DNA from: a virus
Direction: 5' to 3' (one strand)
IMG/VR virus record: IMGVR_UViG_3300033109_000034
DNA: 42,273 nt
The notes under the pieces are model-generated. The model worked only from the letters and a program-made list of their open reading frames with translations. It was not told the DNA's origin and made no database searches. Of the stretch, positions 8,261-15,349 are shown in pieces. The first letter of the stretch is position 1; each line of letters begins with the position of its first letter. Position numbers and translations under genes: made by a program.

Positions 8261-9290
8261 CGCGACGGCGCTCCTAGAGGAGCATGGCAGTATCAGTGCG
8301 GCAGCTCGTGCCGCTGGTATGCCCCGCAACACTTTCCGTGGCCGGCTGCGCAAAGAGCTGGTCGCAGCGCCGAACACGATCGAGCTACCAATCGCAGAGA
8401 TCAGAGCGCAATGCCGGCGCCGATTCGAAATGGCCGCAGCATCACGTGCCGCCGATGCGTGGCGCCCTATTGCGATTTCAGACGACAAGCCGGTAGGAAT
8501 CTTGTGGTTCGGCGACCCGCACCTTGACGATGACTCGTGCAACTGGCCGCTGCTAGAGCGCCACGTCGAGCTTTGCAATACCGTGCCCGGACTCTATGGC
8601 GCCAACATCGGCGACACGACTAACAACTGGGTCGGCCGACTCATGCGGCTCTACGCCGATCAAGACACGAGTCGTCACACCGCGCGCCGCCTTGCGAAAT
8701 GGTTCCTGGCCGAGTCTGGTGTGAATTGGATTGTGTGGCTGCTCGGAAATCATGACGCCTGGGAAAGTGGCGGGGACATTTTGCAGCTTATGAACCGCAA
8801 CGGCGTACTAATGCGCGAATGGGAAGCTCAGATAAAGTTCGTGTTTCCAGGCGGGCAGGAGATCAAGTGTCATGCTGCGCACGATTTTCCGGGAACTTCG
8901 CAGTGGAATATCGGCCATGGTCCAAGCAAAGCTGCACGAATGGCCTCCGACGGTGATTTGTTTGTGTGCGGGCACAAACATGACTGGACAATCCAGCAAT
9001 TCGAAATTGCTGGCAGGCACAAGGTGCCGACAATCATTCGAGTCCGCGGTTACAAATACCACGATATGCACGCGATCGTGAACGGCTATCAGTCGGCGCA
9101 GAGCGGCGCGGCAATCCTCACGATCCTCAATCCGCGCGCCAGTGATCCGGCGGGGCGCATCCTTGCGTTTAGCGACATCGAGGCCGGCGCCGCGGTGCTC
9201 TCGGCCCTACGTGCGGCGCCAGCTAAGTCTGCCGCGAAAAATCGTCATAGAAACCGCAGAAAAGCTAATTCACGCCGCGCGCCGGCATAA
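8250..9290 (+). CDS. Calcineurin-like metallophosphoesterase with N-terminal HTH-like segment
   Basis: Motifs occur in the canonical order: WFGDPHLDD, GANIGDTTNNW, LLGNHDAWE, HAAHDF, VCGHKHDW. The N-terminus GSISAAARAAGMPRNTFRGRL looks like an HTH. A GTG at 8223 is an alternative start. Confidence 0.8.
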   Translation: MAFNATALLEEHGSISAAARAAGMPRNTFRGRLRKELVAAPNTIELPIAEIRAQCRRRFEMAAASRAADAWRPIAISDDKPVGILWFGDPHLDDDSCNWPLLERHVELCNTVPGLYGANIGDTTNNWVGRLMRLYADQDTSRHTARRLAKWFLAESGVNWIVWLLGNHDAWESGGDILQLMNRNGVLMREWEAQIKFVFPGGQEIKCHAAHDFPGTSQWNIGHGPSKAARMASDGDLFVCGHKHDWTIQQFEIAGRHKVPTIIRVRGYKYHDMHAIVNGYQSAQSGAAILTILNPRASDPAGRILAFSDIEAGAAVLSALRAAPAKSAAKNRHRNRRKANSRRAPA

Positions 9291-9522
9291 TTACCGACCA
9301 ATGCCCAGCGAGCTTAGCATAAGCGATTCTAAGCTCGCCGCTCCCGAACACGGCTATATACCTCACGTCGCTATCTAGCTTAGAGAAAAGCTGCACGGCG
9401 CGGGCCAAATCAACAAACTCATTCGGGTCGGTTTCTACGATGCCGCTCCTCAGCGCGAAGTTATAGCTGACTGCTCTAACCCGGCAATTCAGCTCTGCGT
9501 TAGCTCGATACTCGTCAGACAT
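9265..9522 (-). CDS. Hypothetical protein translationally coupled to the integrase 3' end
   Basis: The ATG overlaps the int stop by 8 nt (aaaggcgATGtcTGA). The region is visibly lower in GC. I recognised no motif. Confidence 0.4.
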   Translation of the reverse strand: MSDEYRANAELNCRVRAVSYNFALRSGIVETDPNEFVDLARAVQLFSKLDSDVRYIAVFGSGELRIAYAKLAGHWSVIMPARGVN

Positions 9523-10684
9523 CGCCTTTGGCCTCGCTCAAGATTCGCTCCGCAGCTCGCTCGGCGACGGTCTCTCGTGCGCCCTGCAGCATCCAACTAT
9601 AGCCGCGTGTCGTTGCCGTTGTTGTGTGCCCAAATAGGTCGCCGATCTGATCTAGCGTCAACCCGGCGCTGAGTGCGTAGCTGGCGAAGGTGCGCCGCGC
9701 GTCTCGCATTTGCAGGTCGTGGCATCCGGTAGCCGCACGAATGCGAGCCCATGCCCAGCGCAAATCAATTTTGCCGAACAGCCGGTCATCAGCGCGGCCC
9801 TGAGGCATTGCCGATATCGTGGCGAGGATGCCCGCGGGGAGCGGCACGATTTTGTCGCCGATGTATCTGCTGGTCTTGTGCGCCCGGAATACCAAGCGGG
9901 CGCCGTCGAAGTCGCCCCACGTCGCGCCTAACACCTCGCCGGGGCGGAGCCCGGTGACGAACAGGCACATCAGAGCCGCGGCATGGCCGGGATAATCCGC
10001 GGCTAGTGCGTCGATTTCCGCTAGGACGCGCCGCAGCTCGTCAGGCTCGGCTTTGCGTCGGCGCTTCGGCAGTTGAAATTTTATGGTACCCTTAACCGGG
10101 TTGCCGTCTGCATGCGAGCGCCAGCCGTAGTCTGTCATCGCCAGATTGAGCATCTTTGACAACAGCGCGCGGGTGTGGTTCGCGGCACCCGGCGCCGTGC
10201 CTCTGCCGCCGACGAACCGCCTCGCTCGCACGTCATCAAGAAACCGCTCGACGGCGGGCTTGTCGAGATCAGCCACGCGGGCGGACCCGAGCCCCGGCTT
10301 GACGTGCGCTATAACTAGCTTCCGGTCCTCCTCAACGGATTGCGGCGCTTTATGCCGGGGCGCCCACTCAGCTAGATATCGGTCGCACAGCTCGGCCATA
10401 GTCGGCGCGGCCCGCTGTTCGGCCCAGCCCTGGCTTGGGTCTTCGCCGCGTGCAATCCGCTCTTTGAGATCACGCGCGACTTCGCGCGCCCGCGCCAAGC
10501 TCATCTCGGGGTATGTGCCGAGCTTCGGGCGCCGCTCGATGCCGGCACGCGTGCGATACCATAAAAACCAAGAGCGGCCCGCCGGCCGAATTCTGAGTTG
10601 CAGGCCCAACACTTCATGGTCGCGGATGACCGCGGGGCCGGGTGTGTCGCGAGCCGTAGCATGCGTGAGCTTGACTGCGGTCAT
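9515..10684 (-). CDS. int: Tyrosine integrase, P4-type (DUF4102 arm-binding N-terminus)
   Basis: N-terminus LGLQLRIRPAGRSWFLWYR...RRPKLGTYPEMSLARAREVA. Catalytic region LFVTGLRPGEV, HDLQMRDARRTFASYA, GHTTTATTRGYSW (R...HxxR...Y). Confidence 0.92.
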   Translation of the reverse strand: MTAVKLTHATARDTPGPAVIRDHEVLGLQLRIRPAGRSWFLWYRTRAGIERRPKLGTYPEMSLARAREVARDLKERIARGEDPSQGWAEQRAAPTMAELCDRYLAEWAPRHKAPQSVEEDRKLVIAHVKPGLGSARVADLDKPAVERFLDDVRARRFVGGRGTAPGAANHTRALLSKMLNLAMTDYGWRSHADGNPVKGTIKFQLPKRRRKAEPDELRRVLAEIDALAADYPGHAAALMCLFVTGLRPGEVLGATWGDFDGARLVFRAHKTSRYIGDKIVPLPAGILATISAMPQGRADDRLFGKIDLRWAWARIRAATGCHDLQMRDARRTFASYALSAGLTLDQIGDLFGHTTTATTRGYSWMLQGARETVAERAAERILSEAKGDV

Positions 10685-10733
10685 GGCCGGCGCCTTGAGC
10701 TAAATTCGGGTTGCTGTTGCGCCCAAGTCAATT

Positions 10734-10754
10734 GCTGGGTCGCACCTGGGTCGC
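10734..10754 (+). repeat. Arm-type repeat copy 1 (gctgggtcgcacctgggtcgc)
   Basis: Exact 21-mer. Internally it is two TGGGTCGC units 10 bp apart. Confidence 0.85.
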
Positions 10755-10763
10755 GGGTTAGGC

Positions 10764-10784
10764 GCTGGGTCGCACCTGGGTCGC
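10764..10784 (+). repeat. Arm-type repeat copy 2
   Basis: Exact copy, 30 bp downstream of copy 1, in the same orientation. Confidence 0.85.
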
Positions 10785-10878
10785 TCAATTTTTGGTAGGC
10801 TTTAACTCAACTCGGGAACAAATTTACTATTAAAAACATGTAAAGTCTAGTCGCCCGGCTACCAGCAAATACCATATG

Positions 10879-10923
10879 TCACAGATTTTGAGTCTGCCGC
10901 GTCTACCGTTCCGCCACAGGGGC
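10879..10923 (-). other. 5' half of tRNA-Leu(CAA) (positions 1 to about 45), candidate attP core
   Basis: The minus strand reads GCCCCTG TG GCGG AACGGTAGA CGC G GCAGA CTCAAAA TCTGT GA. This gives acceptor 5' strand, D-arm and anticodon stem-loop with anticodon CAA. No T-arm (GGTTCGA) and no acceptor 3' strand (CAGGGGC) follows. Confidence 0.7.
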
Positions 10924-10976
10924 AAGCTGTTGATTTCGCTAGTGTTTTGATCCATTATCTTATTACGCTAAACGGG

Positions 10977-10997
10977 GCTGGGTCGCACCTGGGTCGC
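10977..10997 (+). repeat. Arm-type repeat copy 3
   Basis: Exact copy on the far side of the tRNA fragment, in the same orientation. Confidence 0.85.
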
Positions 10998-11183
10998 AAA
11001 ACAGGGTAGACCCTATGCCGTTTTGACGGGCTGTGCAACTGGGCCGGCCGTTCCTACGACCCGAGCACCCCTCAACCAGCGTTCCCTCCGGTCCAGCCTG
11101 TCAATTCAGGTCGCGCGTAGCACTGCTGCCAGTGGCGGGGGTGGATTTCTAGACTCGCGGTCAATTTGCGGGCATTTCGTTGT

Positions 11184-11486
11184 CTAGTTTCCCGACGCGA
11201 CATCGAGCGCTAGGCGCCCCTTGTCGGTGATGGAAATAGTGAGGCTCCGGCGCGGGTGCCCATACCGGCCGACAGCGTTCTTAACGCGCGGCAGCGGCTC
11301 TCGGGCTACAACCACCAAACCGGCAGCTTCGAGCTTTGCTAGCGTCAGGCCGGTCGCCACGTTCCATTCGAGTTTCGTCTTGCGCGTGCCGTCCATAGAC
11401 GGCGGGAGAATTACCTCCGTTGCCGTCTTCGGGCCGGACTCCCGCAGCGTGTGCAGGACGGAGAATTGCGCGTCGCTGATCTTCAT
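11184..11486 (-). CDS. Small winged-helix (MarR-like) DNA-binding protein
   Basis: MKISDAQFSVLHTLRESGPKTATEV...LTLAKLEAAGLVVV...ITDKGRLAL fits a wHTH pattern. ATG at 11486 lies 11 nt after the upstream stop. Confidence 0.5.
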   Translation of the reverse strand: MKISDAQFSVLHTLRESGPKTATEVILPPSMDGTRKTKLEWNVATGLTLAKLEAAGLVVVAREPLPRVKNAVGRYGHPRRSLTISITDKGRLALDVASGN

Positions 11487-11497
11487 AGCGCCCGGCC

Positions 11498-11722
11498 CTA
11501 TTGCTGAATGCGCCAACCGGCGCCGTTGCGGAGCATCGCCTCGCACTTGGCGACAAGCTGAGCGGGCGTCGTGTCGTCGCCCATCTCGATCGACAAATAG
11601 CGGTTGCCGAGCTGCGCCCAGGCATGCGCCGGGAAGTGCTCGAAGCTGCCGCCGTGGTGGACCATGCGATGTTCCGCGTCGCGGAAGCCGCTCTTCATCT
11701 TCTCTCGTCCTGCGATGTGCAT
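11498..11722 (-). CDS. Hypothetical small protein
   Basis: ORF with an alternative ATG at 11698 preceded by GAGAGAAG. I recognised no motif. Confidence 0.45.
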   Translation of the reverse strand: MHIAGREKMKSGFRDAEHRMVHHGGSFEHFPAHAWAQLGNRYLSIEMGDDTTPAQLVAKCEAMLRNGAGWRIQQ

Positions 11723-11800
11723 GATGGTGGCTCTCTGTTGAAATCTCAGATACGCACGACTTCGAGTTGATGTCGGTCCATCGTTCCGGCCCTTTCGTTG

Positions 11801-12271
11801 CTATCGCGCTGAGCGCATCAATTCGCGGTATGTCGGGTACTTCTCTGATCTAGGGTCCGCCGGGTTCCAACAAGTGATGTCTCCGGCCTTCTCGCGCGAA
11901 CCGTTGACGAACGCAGCGTTGTCGGGAAGGCGATCGCGGTAGCGCGTCGGTATCTCCCCACCGCTCCAAAGATTGTGCGTCGTGAACCGCCGCCCGTCAG
12001 CCAGTTCGATGTCAAAGCGCCTCCCCGCCATACCTAGGAACACGGTACGGCCGCTGCGGCGCTGTTCGTCTGTCGGCTCTGCGCCTACGCTGTACGTCCA
12101 GCCGTTAATGACAAGGCGGTCCGGGTTGGTGGTTGCAAGGCGGATTTCCCAAAAGGCACACGAGAAGCACTCTCCCGTCTCCTTCATGCGCTTGCCTTCG
12201 GCGCCCATGTACTCCGTGTGAAAGCCGACTTCACCGCAGCCGGGACACGGCGTCTCTGACTTATGCGACAT
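11801..12271 (-). CDS. Hypothetical protein with N-terminal CxxC...CxxC zinc-ribbon
   Basis: CPGCGEVG...CFSCAFW. An SD-like AGAGAAAGG lies upstream. Confidence 0.55.
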   Translation of the reverse strand: MSHKSETPCPGCGEVGFHTEYMGAEGKRMKETGECFSCAFWEIRLATTNPDRLVINGWTYSVGAEPTDEQRRSGRTVFLGMAGRRFDIELADGRRFTTHNLWSGGEIPTRYRDRLPDNAAFVNGSREKAGDITCWNPADPRSEKYPTYRELMRSAR

Positions 12272-12306
12272 GACGGGCCTTTCTCTGTAGAGCTGGGGAG
12301 GGGCCG

Positions 12307-12435
12307 TTAGGCCGCCGCCTTTTTGATCGTCTTGGGCTTCACCTTAATCAGCTTCGTCCCGTACTGGATGCCGTTACGGCGGTTGACCACTTCGGTCAGG
12401 TAGTACGGGCCTTGCGTCTCAACCTTCGTCGTCAT
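12307..12435 (-). CDS. 42-aa micro-ORF (MTTKVETQGPYYLTEVVNRRNGIQYGTKLIKVKPKTIKKAAA)
   Basis: My own translation; it is below the ORF-track cutoff. GGGAGA lies 6 nt upstream of the ATG. It is the first gene of the leftward cluster, divergent from the recombinase. Confidence 0.4.
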   Translation of the reverse strand: MTTKVETQGPYYLTEVVNRRNGIQYGTKLIKVKPKTIKKAAA

Positions 12436-12570
12436 GGCCGTGTCTCCCGTCTGATGTTCGTAACCTAGACGATGCTATTGACGTTGTCAACTAAGTCGTG
12501 TAACAAATTGTGCATGAGCCGATCGCCAAAGCATCCGCAACGTGCCCCTGAACAGCGCCCCGCCGGGCGA

Positions 12571-13164
12571 ATGGTCGGTTACGCGCGCGTATCGACCGAC
12601 GATCAAGACCTCGCGATGCAGCTCGCCAAGCTCCGTGAGGTCGGCGTGCATCCCGACAACACCCACATGGACACGCTCTCGGCTCGCGCCAAGCGGCGCC
12701 CCGGCCTAGATCGCGCCTGGAAGGATTGCGTTGCCGGTGACACGCTTGTCGTGTGGCGGCTCGACCGGCTGGCGCGCTCGACGCTTGATCTGCTCACCAA
12801 GGTCAAGGACTTGGAAGCTCGCGGCGTGAAGCTGCGCTCGCTCACCGAAGCAATTGAGACGGACACAATCGTCGGTCAGCTCTTGCTCGCCGTGCTCGGT
12901 GCCGTGGCGCAGTTTGAGCGCGACCTGATTGCGGAACGCACGCGCACCGGAATGGCTGTGGCCAGGGAGAACGGCGTGCAGTTCGGGGCGCCTCGCCGCG
13001 TCATCGTGAGCGAGGCGGCTGACCTGTTTCGAAAAGGGTGGACGGTGGCGCAAGTCGCTGAGCACTTCGGCTGCTCATCGCGGCAGGCGGTGTACAAGTA
13101 CTTCGATGCGAAGACGGTACAAGCGTTGCGAGACGAGTGCCGCTCGAAGCGGCGTAGAACATGA
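12571..13164 (+). CDS. Small serine recombinase (resolvase/invertase family) with C-terminal HTH
   Basis: MVGYARVSTDDQDLAMQ (catalytic Ser), LVVWRLDRLARS, LGAVAQFERDLIAERT, C-terminal HTH GWTVAQVAEHFGCSSRQAVYKYF. In-frame upstream ATGs at 12472 and 12514 are possible. However, a TTGACG-N17-TAACAA promoter-like element at 12478-12506 argues for the later start. Confidence 0.85.
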   Translation: MVGYARVSTDDQDLAMQLAKLREVGVHPDNTHMDTLSARAKRRPGLDRAWKDCVAGDTLVVWRLDRLARSTLDLLTKVKDLEARGVKLRSLTEAIETDTIVGQLLLAVLGAVAQFERDLIAERTRTGMAVARENGVQFGAPRRVIVSEAADLFRKGWTVAQVAEHFGCSSRQAVYKYFDAKTVQALRDECRSKRRRT

Positions 13165-13175
13165 GGAGCACTGAA

Positions 13176-13772
13176 ATGACGAAGAGAAAGCCGATACTCT
13201 GCATGGACTTCGACGGCGTGATCCACAGCTATACGAGCGGGTGGAAGGGCGCAGATGTGATCCCTGATCCGCCTGTCGAGGGAGCGCTCGCGTTCTTGTT
13301 GGGGGCGCTCAATCACTTCGATGTCGTTGTCTTCAGCAGCCGGTCCAATCAGCCCGGCGGCATCGCTGCTATGACGGCGTGGCTGAAGCATCATGCCGAC
13401 GGCATTTGGTACGAGAGCCCGGCGGGGCCAGGGCTGGAGGATGTCCGCTTCACTACTGAGAAGCCAGCGGCGATGATCTCGATCGATGATCGCGCGCTGA
13501 CGTTTGACGGAACGTGGCCGAGCATCGACGACCTGTTGTCGTTCCAGCCGTGGAACAAGCGCCTTGCCGGTGCCACGGGCGACTTCCCGCAAGGCCGGCT
13601 CAATGAAGACGACCAGGGAGGGTTGCGCATGGCTATCGCCGCCGATCCGCGTAACGGTGTGGTGCGCGTCGAGTTCGGGAAGCCCGTTGCGTGGCTTGGT
13701 CTGGACAAGAACACAGCGCTCGCGCTGGCGGAGTCGATCCGACAGAACGCCGAGCGGCTATCGATCAACTGA
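13176..13772 (+). CDS. HAD-superfamily phosphatase (5'-nucleotidase / polynucleotide phosphatase-like)
   Basis: Motif I is CMDFDGVIH, motif II VVVFSSRS, motif III EKPAA, motif IV SIDDR. AGGAG lies 8 nt before ATG 13176, and ATG 13161 is an alternative start. Confidence 0.7.
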   Translation: MTKRKPILCMDFDGVIHSYTSGWKGADVIPDPPVEGALAFLLGALNHFDVVVFSSRSNQPGGIAAMTAWLKHHADGIWYESPAGPGLEDVRFTTEKPAAMISIDDRALTFDGTWPSIDDLLSFQPWNKRLAGATGDFPQGRLNEDDQGGLRMAIAADPRNGVVRVEFGKPVAWLGLDKNTALALAESIRQNAERLSIN

Positions 13773-13792
13773 TTCAACAGTGGGAGCATGCT

Positions 13793-14011
13793 GTGAGCGA
13801 GATCACTGTGACGGTGAGCGGACCTGTAGGTTGCGGCAAGAGCGCTATTGCTGGCGAGATTGAGATCGCGCTGAAGGCGATTGGCGTGCCGGTCCGGTAT
13901 GCCGACGAGCGCGAGGCGCTGAGCGAGAAGCGTATGACAGGTGCGGACTGGACCGGCTACCTCGAAATGTACCGTCCGAGTGTCGTGCTCGTCGAAACCA
14001 TTCAGCAATAG
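13793..14011 (+). CDS. 73-aa protein with a P-loop motif (GPVGCGKS)
   Basis: GTG start lies 6 nt after GGGAG. A Walker-A-like motif sits at residues 10-17. The protein is too short for a complete NTPase fold. Confidence 0.45.
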   Translation: MSEITVTVSGPVGCGKSAIAGEIEIALKAIGVPVRYADEREALSEKRMTGADWTGYLEMYRPSVVLVETIQQ

Positions 14012-14021
14012 GAGGCCGCCG

Positions 14022-14354
14022 ATGCCGATCCGCATCCAACGCAAGCGCAGCAAGGGGTGGAGGATGCCGGATGGCGCCATTGCTGTGACGCGCGGAACGA
14101 TCTGGGGCAACCCGTTCTCGGTGCGCCCGGACATCAAGCCGGGGACGCGCGTTGGCGGTGCACACGGATACATCGCGGTTCCGACTGCCGCCGATGCCGT
14201 GGCCTGCTTCCGCGAGATGATGGCGTCGCAAGGAGAAACGGCGGATGCGTTGCGGTCGCGACTGCCGGAGTTGCGTGGGCATGACCTTGCCTGCTGGTGC
14301 AAGCCGGGTGATCCATGTCACGCCGACGTGCTGATCGAATTGGCTAACAACTAA
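14022..14354 (+). CDS. DUF4326-family protein
   Basis: AGGAGG lies upstream. GTIWGNPF...LACWCKPGDPCHADVLIELAN matches the DUF4326 signature as I recall it. Confidence 0.65.
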   Translation: MPIRIQRKRSKGWRMPDGAIAVTRGTIWGNPFSVRPDIKPGTRVGGAHGYIAVPTAADAVACFREMMASQGETADALRSRLPELRGHDLACWCKPGDPCHADVLIELANN

Positions 14355-14365
14355 GGGAGCGTACG

Positions 14366-14590
14366 ATGTGGAGCGATGCGCCGGACTGCCATCAGCAGTG
14401 TGCCACGGAGATGTGCTGCCGCCCCGCGTCGTCGCGGCTAGAGGTCGGCGGCATCGGGTCGTACTACTGCGAGTCGTGCCGGGAGATCATCGAACGCGGG
14501 CGACGCTACGGCGAGACCAGGACAGCGATTGTCGAAACCGTGCCGAGCGGCGGCGTTCTGCATCGGATGTTCGTAGGCGAGCAAGAATAA
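14366..14590 (+). CDS. Hypothetical Cys-rich small protein
   Basis: GGGAG lies upstream of the ATG. CHQQC...CC...CESC suggests a zinc-binding module. Confidence 0.45.
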   Translation: MWSDAPDCHQQCATEMCCRPASSRLEVGGIGSYYCESCREIIERGRRYGETRTAIVETVPSGGVLHRMFVGEQE

Positions 14591-14595
14591 GGAGC

Positions 14596-14787
14596 ATGCC
14601 GGTGGACGACATTGAGACGGAGCTTGCCGCAGTGCTCCGTGATGAGCGCATGCGGCAGTATCGAGATCAGGACAGAGCTAAGTGGCCGGGTGGCGCCTAC
14701 GACTACGAGGAGCATCAGGGGCCATGGCTCGAGGCACGTGCATCTCTGAAGCTCCTTCGCGAGCGCGGCGTGCTAGTCGATAAATAA
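14596..14787 (+). CDS. Hypothetical small acidic protein
   Basis: AAGGAG lies directly upstream of ATG 14596, which is in frame with the tail of track ORF 14368..14787. Confidence 0.45.
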   Translation: MPVDDIETELAAVLRDERMRQYRDQDRAKWPGGAYDYEEHQGPWLEARASLKLLRERGVLVDK

Positions 14788-14801
14788 AGGAGGGTCCGGC
14801 G

Positions 14802-15005
14802 ATGCCCGGCGACGTTGTTGCAAACAGATCAGCCATGTGCGCACCTTATTGTGATGTTTCTACTGCCGACATTATGTGCAGTGACCCGATACGTCAATAC
14901 TTAGTGCGGGCTCGCTGCAACAATCTGTGCCGTCAATTCGTCAATTCTTGCCACCTGTTCGGCGATTTGGGCAATAAGCGCCGCGTGCTGCGGCAGACAT
15001 CATAA
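14802..15005 (+). CDS. Hypothetical Cys-rich small protein
   Basis: Strong SD AAGGAGGG lies 7 nt upstream. The composition is odd and the GC is lower. Confidence 0.4.
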   Translation: MPGDVVANRSAMCAPYCDVSTADIMCSDPIRQYLVRARCNNLCRQFVNSCHLFGDLGNKRRVLRQTS

Positions 15006-15016
15006 GGAGAGCCAGG

Positions 15017-15295
15017 ATGGACCGCAGAATGGACATCTACGATAGCGATACCGGCGAGAGCCTGGTAGCTGACGTGGTGCAGGACATCGCCTCATTCGAT
15101 GAGCCGATTGAGCTGCGATACTGCACCGCGCAGCGTGGGCGGATCGTGCAGGTTCGTCGCGGGGCGGATGGCTCCGTGCGCATCCATTACTTCTACGACG
15201 AGCCATCCGGGCGTCAGATGATCCGCGACGACGAGAGACGCAACGGCGTGTCGCTCGAAACGATTTTGGCGAACGCGCCGGGTGGACAGCAATAG
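15017..15295 (+). CDS. Hypothetical protein
   Basis: AAGGAGAG lies upstream of the ATG. It is the last gene of the rightward accessory operon. Confidence 0.5.
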   Translation: MDRRMDIYDSDTGESLVADVVQDIASFDEPIELRYCTAQRGRIVQVRRGADGSVRIHYFYDEPSGRQMIRDDERRNGVSLETILANAPGGQQ

Positions 15296-15349
15296 GAGCA
15301 CTTACGGCCACCGCGCGGCAACGATATGAAGGCCCTCTTTATTGATCAT

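Larger units (their letters stand above)
10690..11183. other. attP region (non-coding, next to int)
   Basis: A roughly 490-bp gap without credible ORFs contains the arm repeats and the tRNA fragment listed separately. Confidence 0.7.

Noticed and set aside
10790-10940. An intact tRNA-Leu gene
   Set aside because: Only positions 1 to about 45 are present. No T-arm (GGTTCGA-type) and no complementary acceptor 3' strand follows on the minus strand.
10734-10997. Possible mini-CRISPR array, because of the identical 21-bp repeats
   Set aside because: There are only three copies with irregular spacing (30 bp and 213 bp) and no cas genes. The repeats flank a tRNA fragment beside an integrase, so they are arm-type att sites.
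14830-15000. Minus-strand coiled-coil-looking translation (LPQHAALIAQIAEQVARIDELTAQIVAASPH) opposite ORF 14802..15005
   Set aside because: The frame is closed by a TGA immediately upstream and has no start codon, leaving only about 30 codons. It is not a gene.
15000-15311. 103-aa minus-strand ORF opposite 15017..15295
   Set aside because: The translation is Arg-rich shadow sequence without an SD. The plus-strand ORF has a strong AAGGAGAG SD and normal composition.
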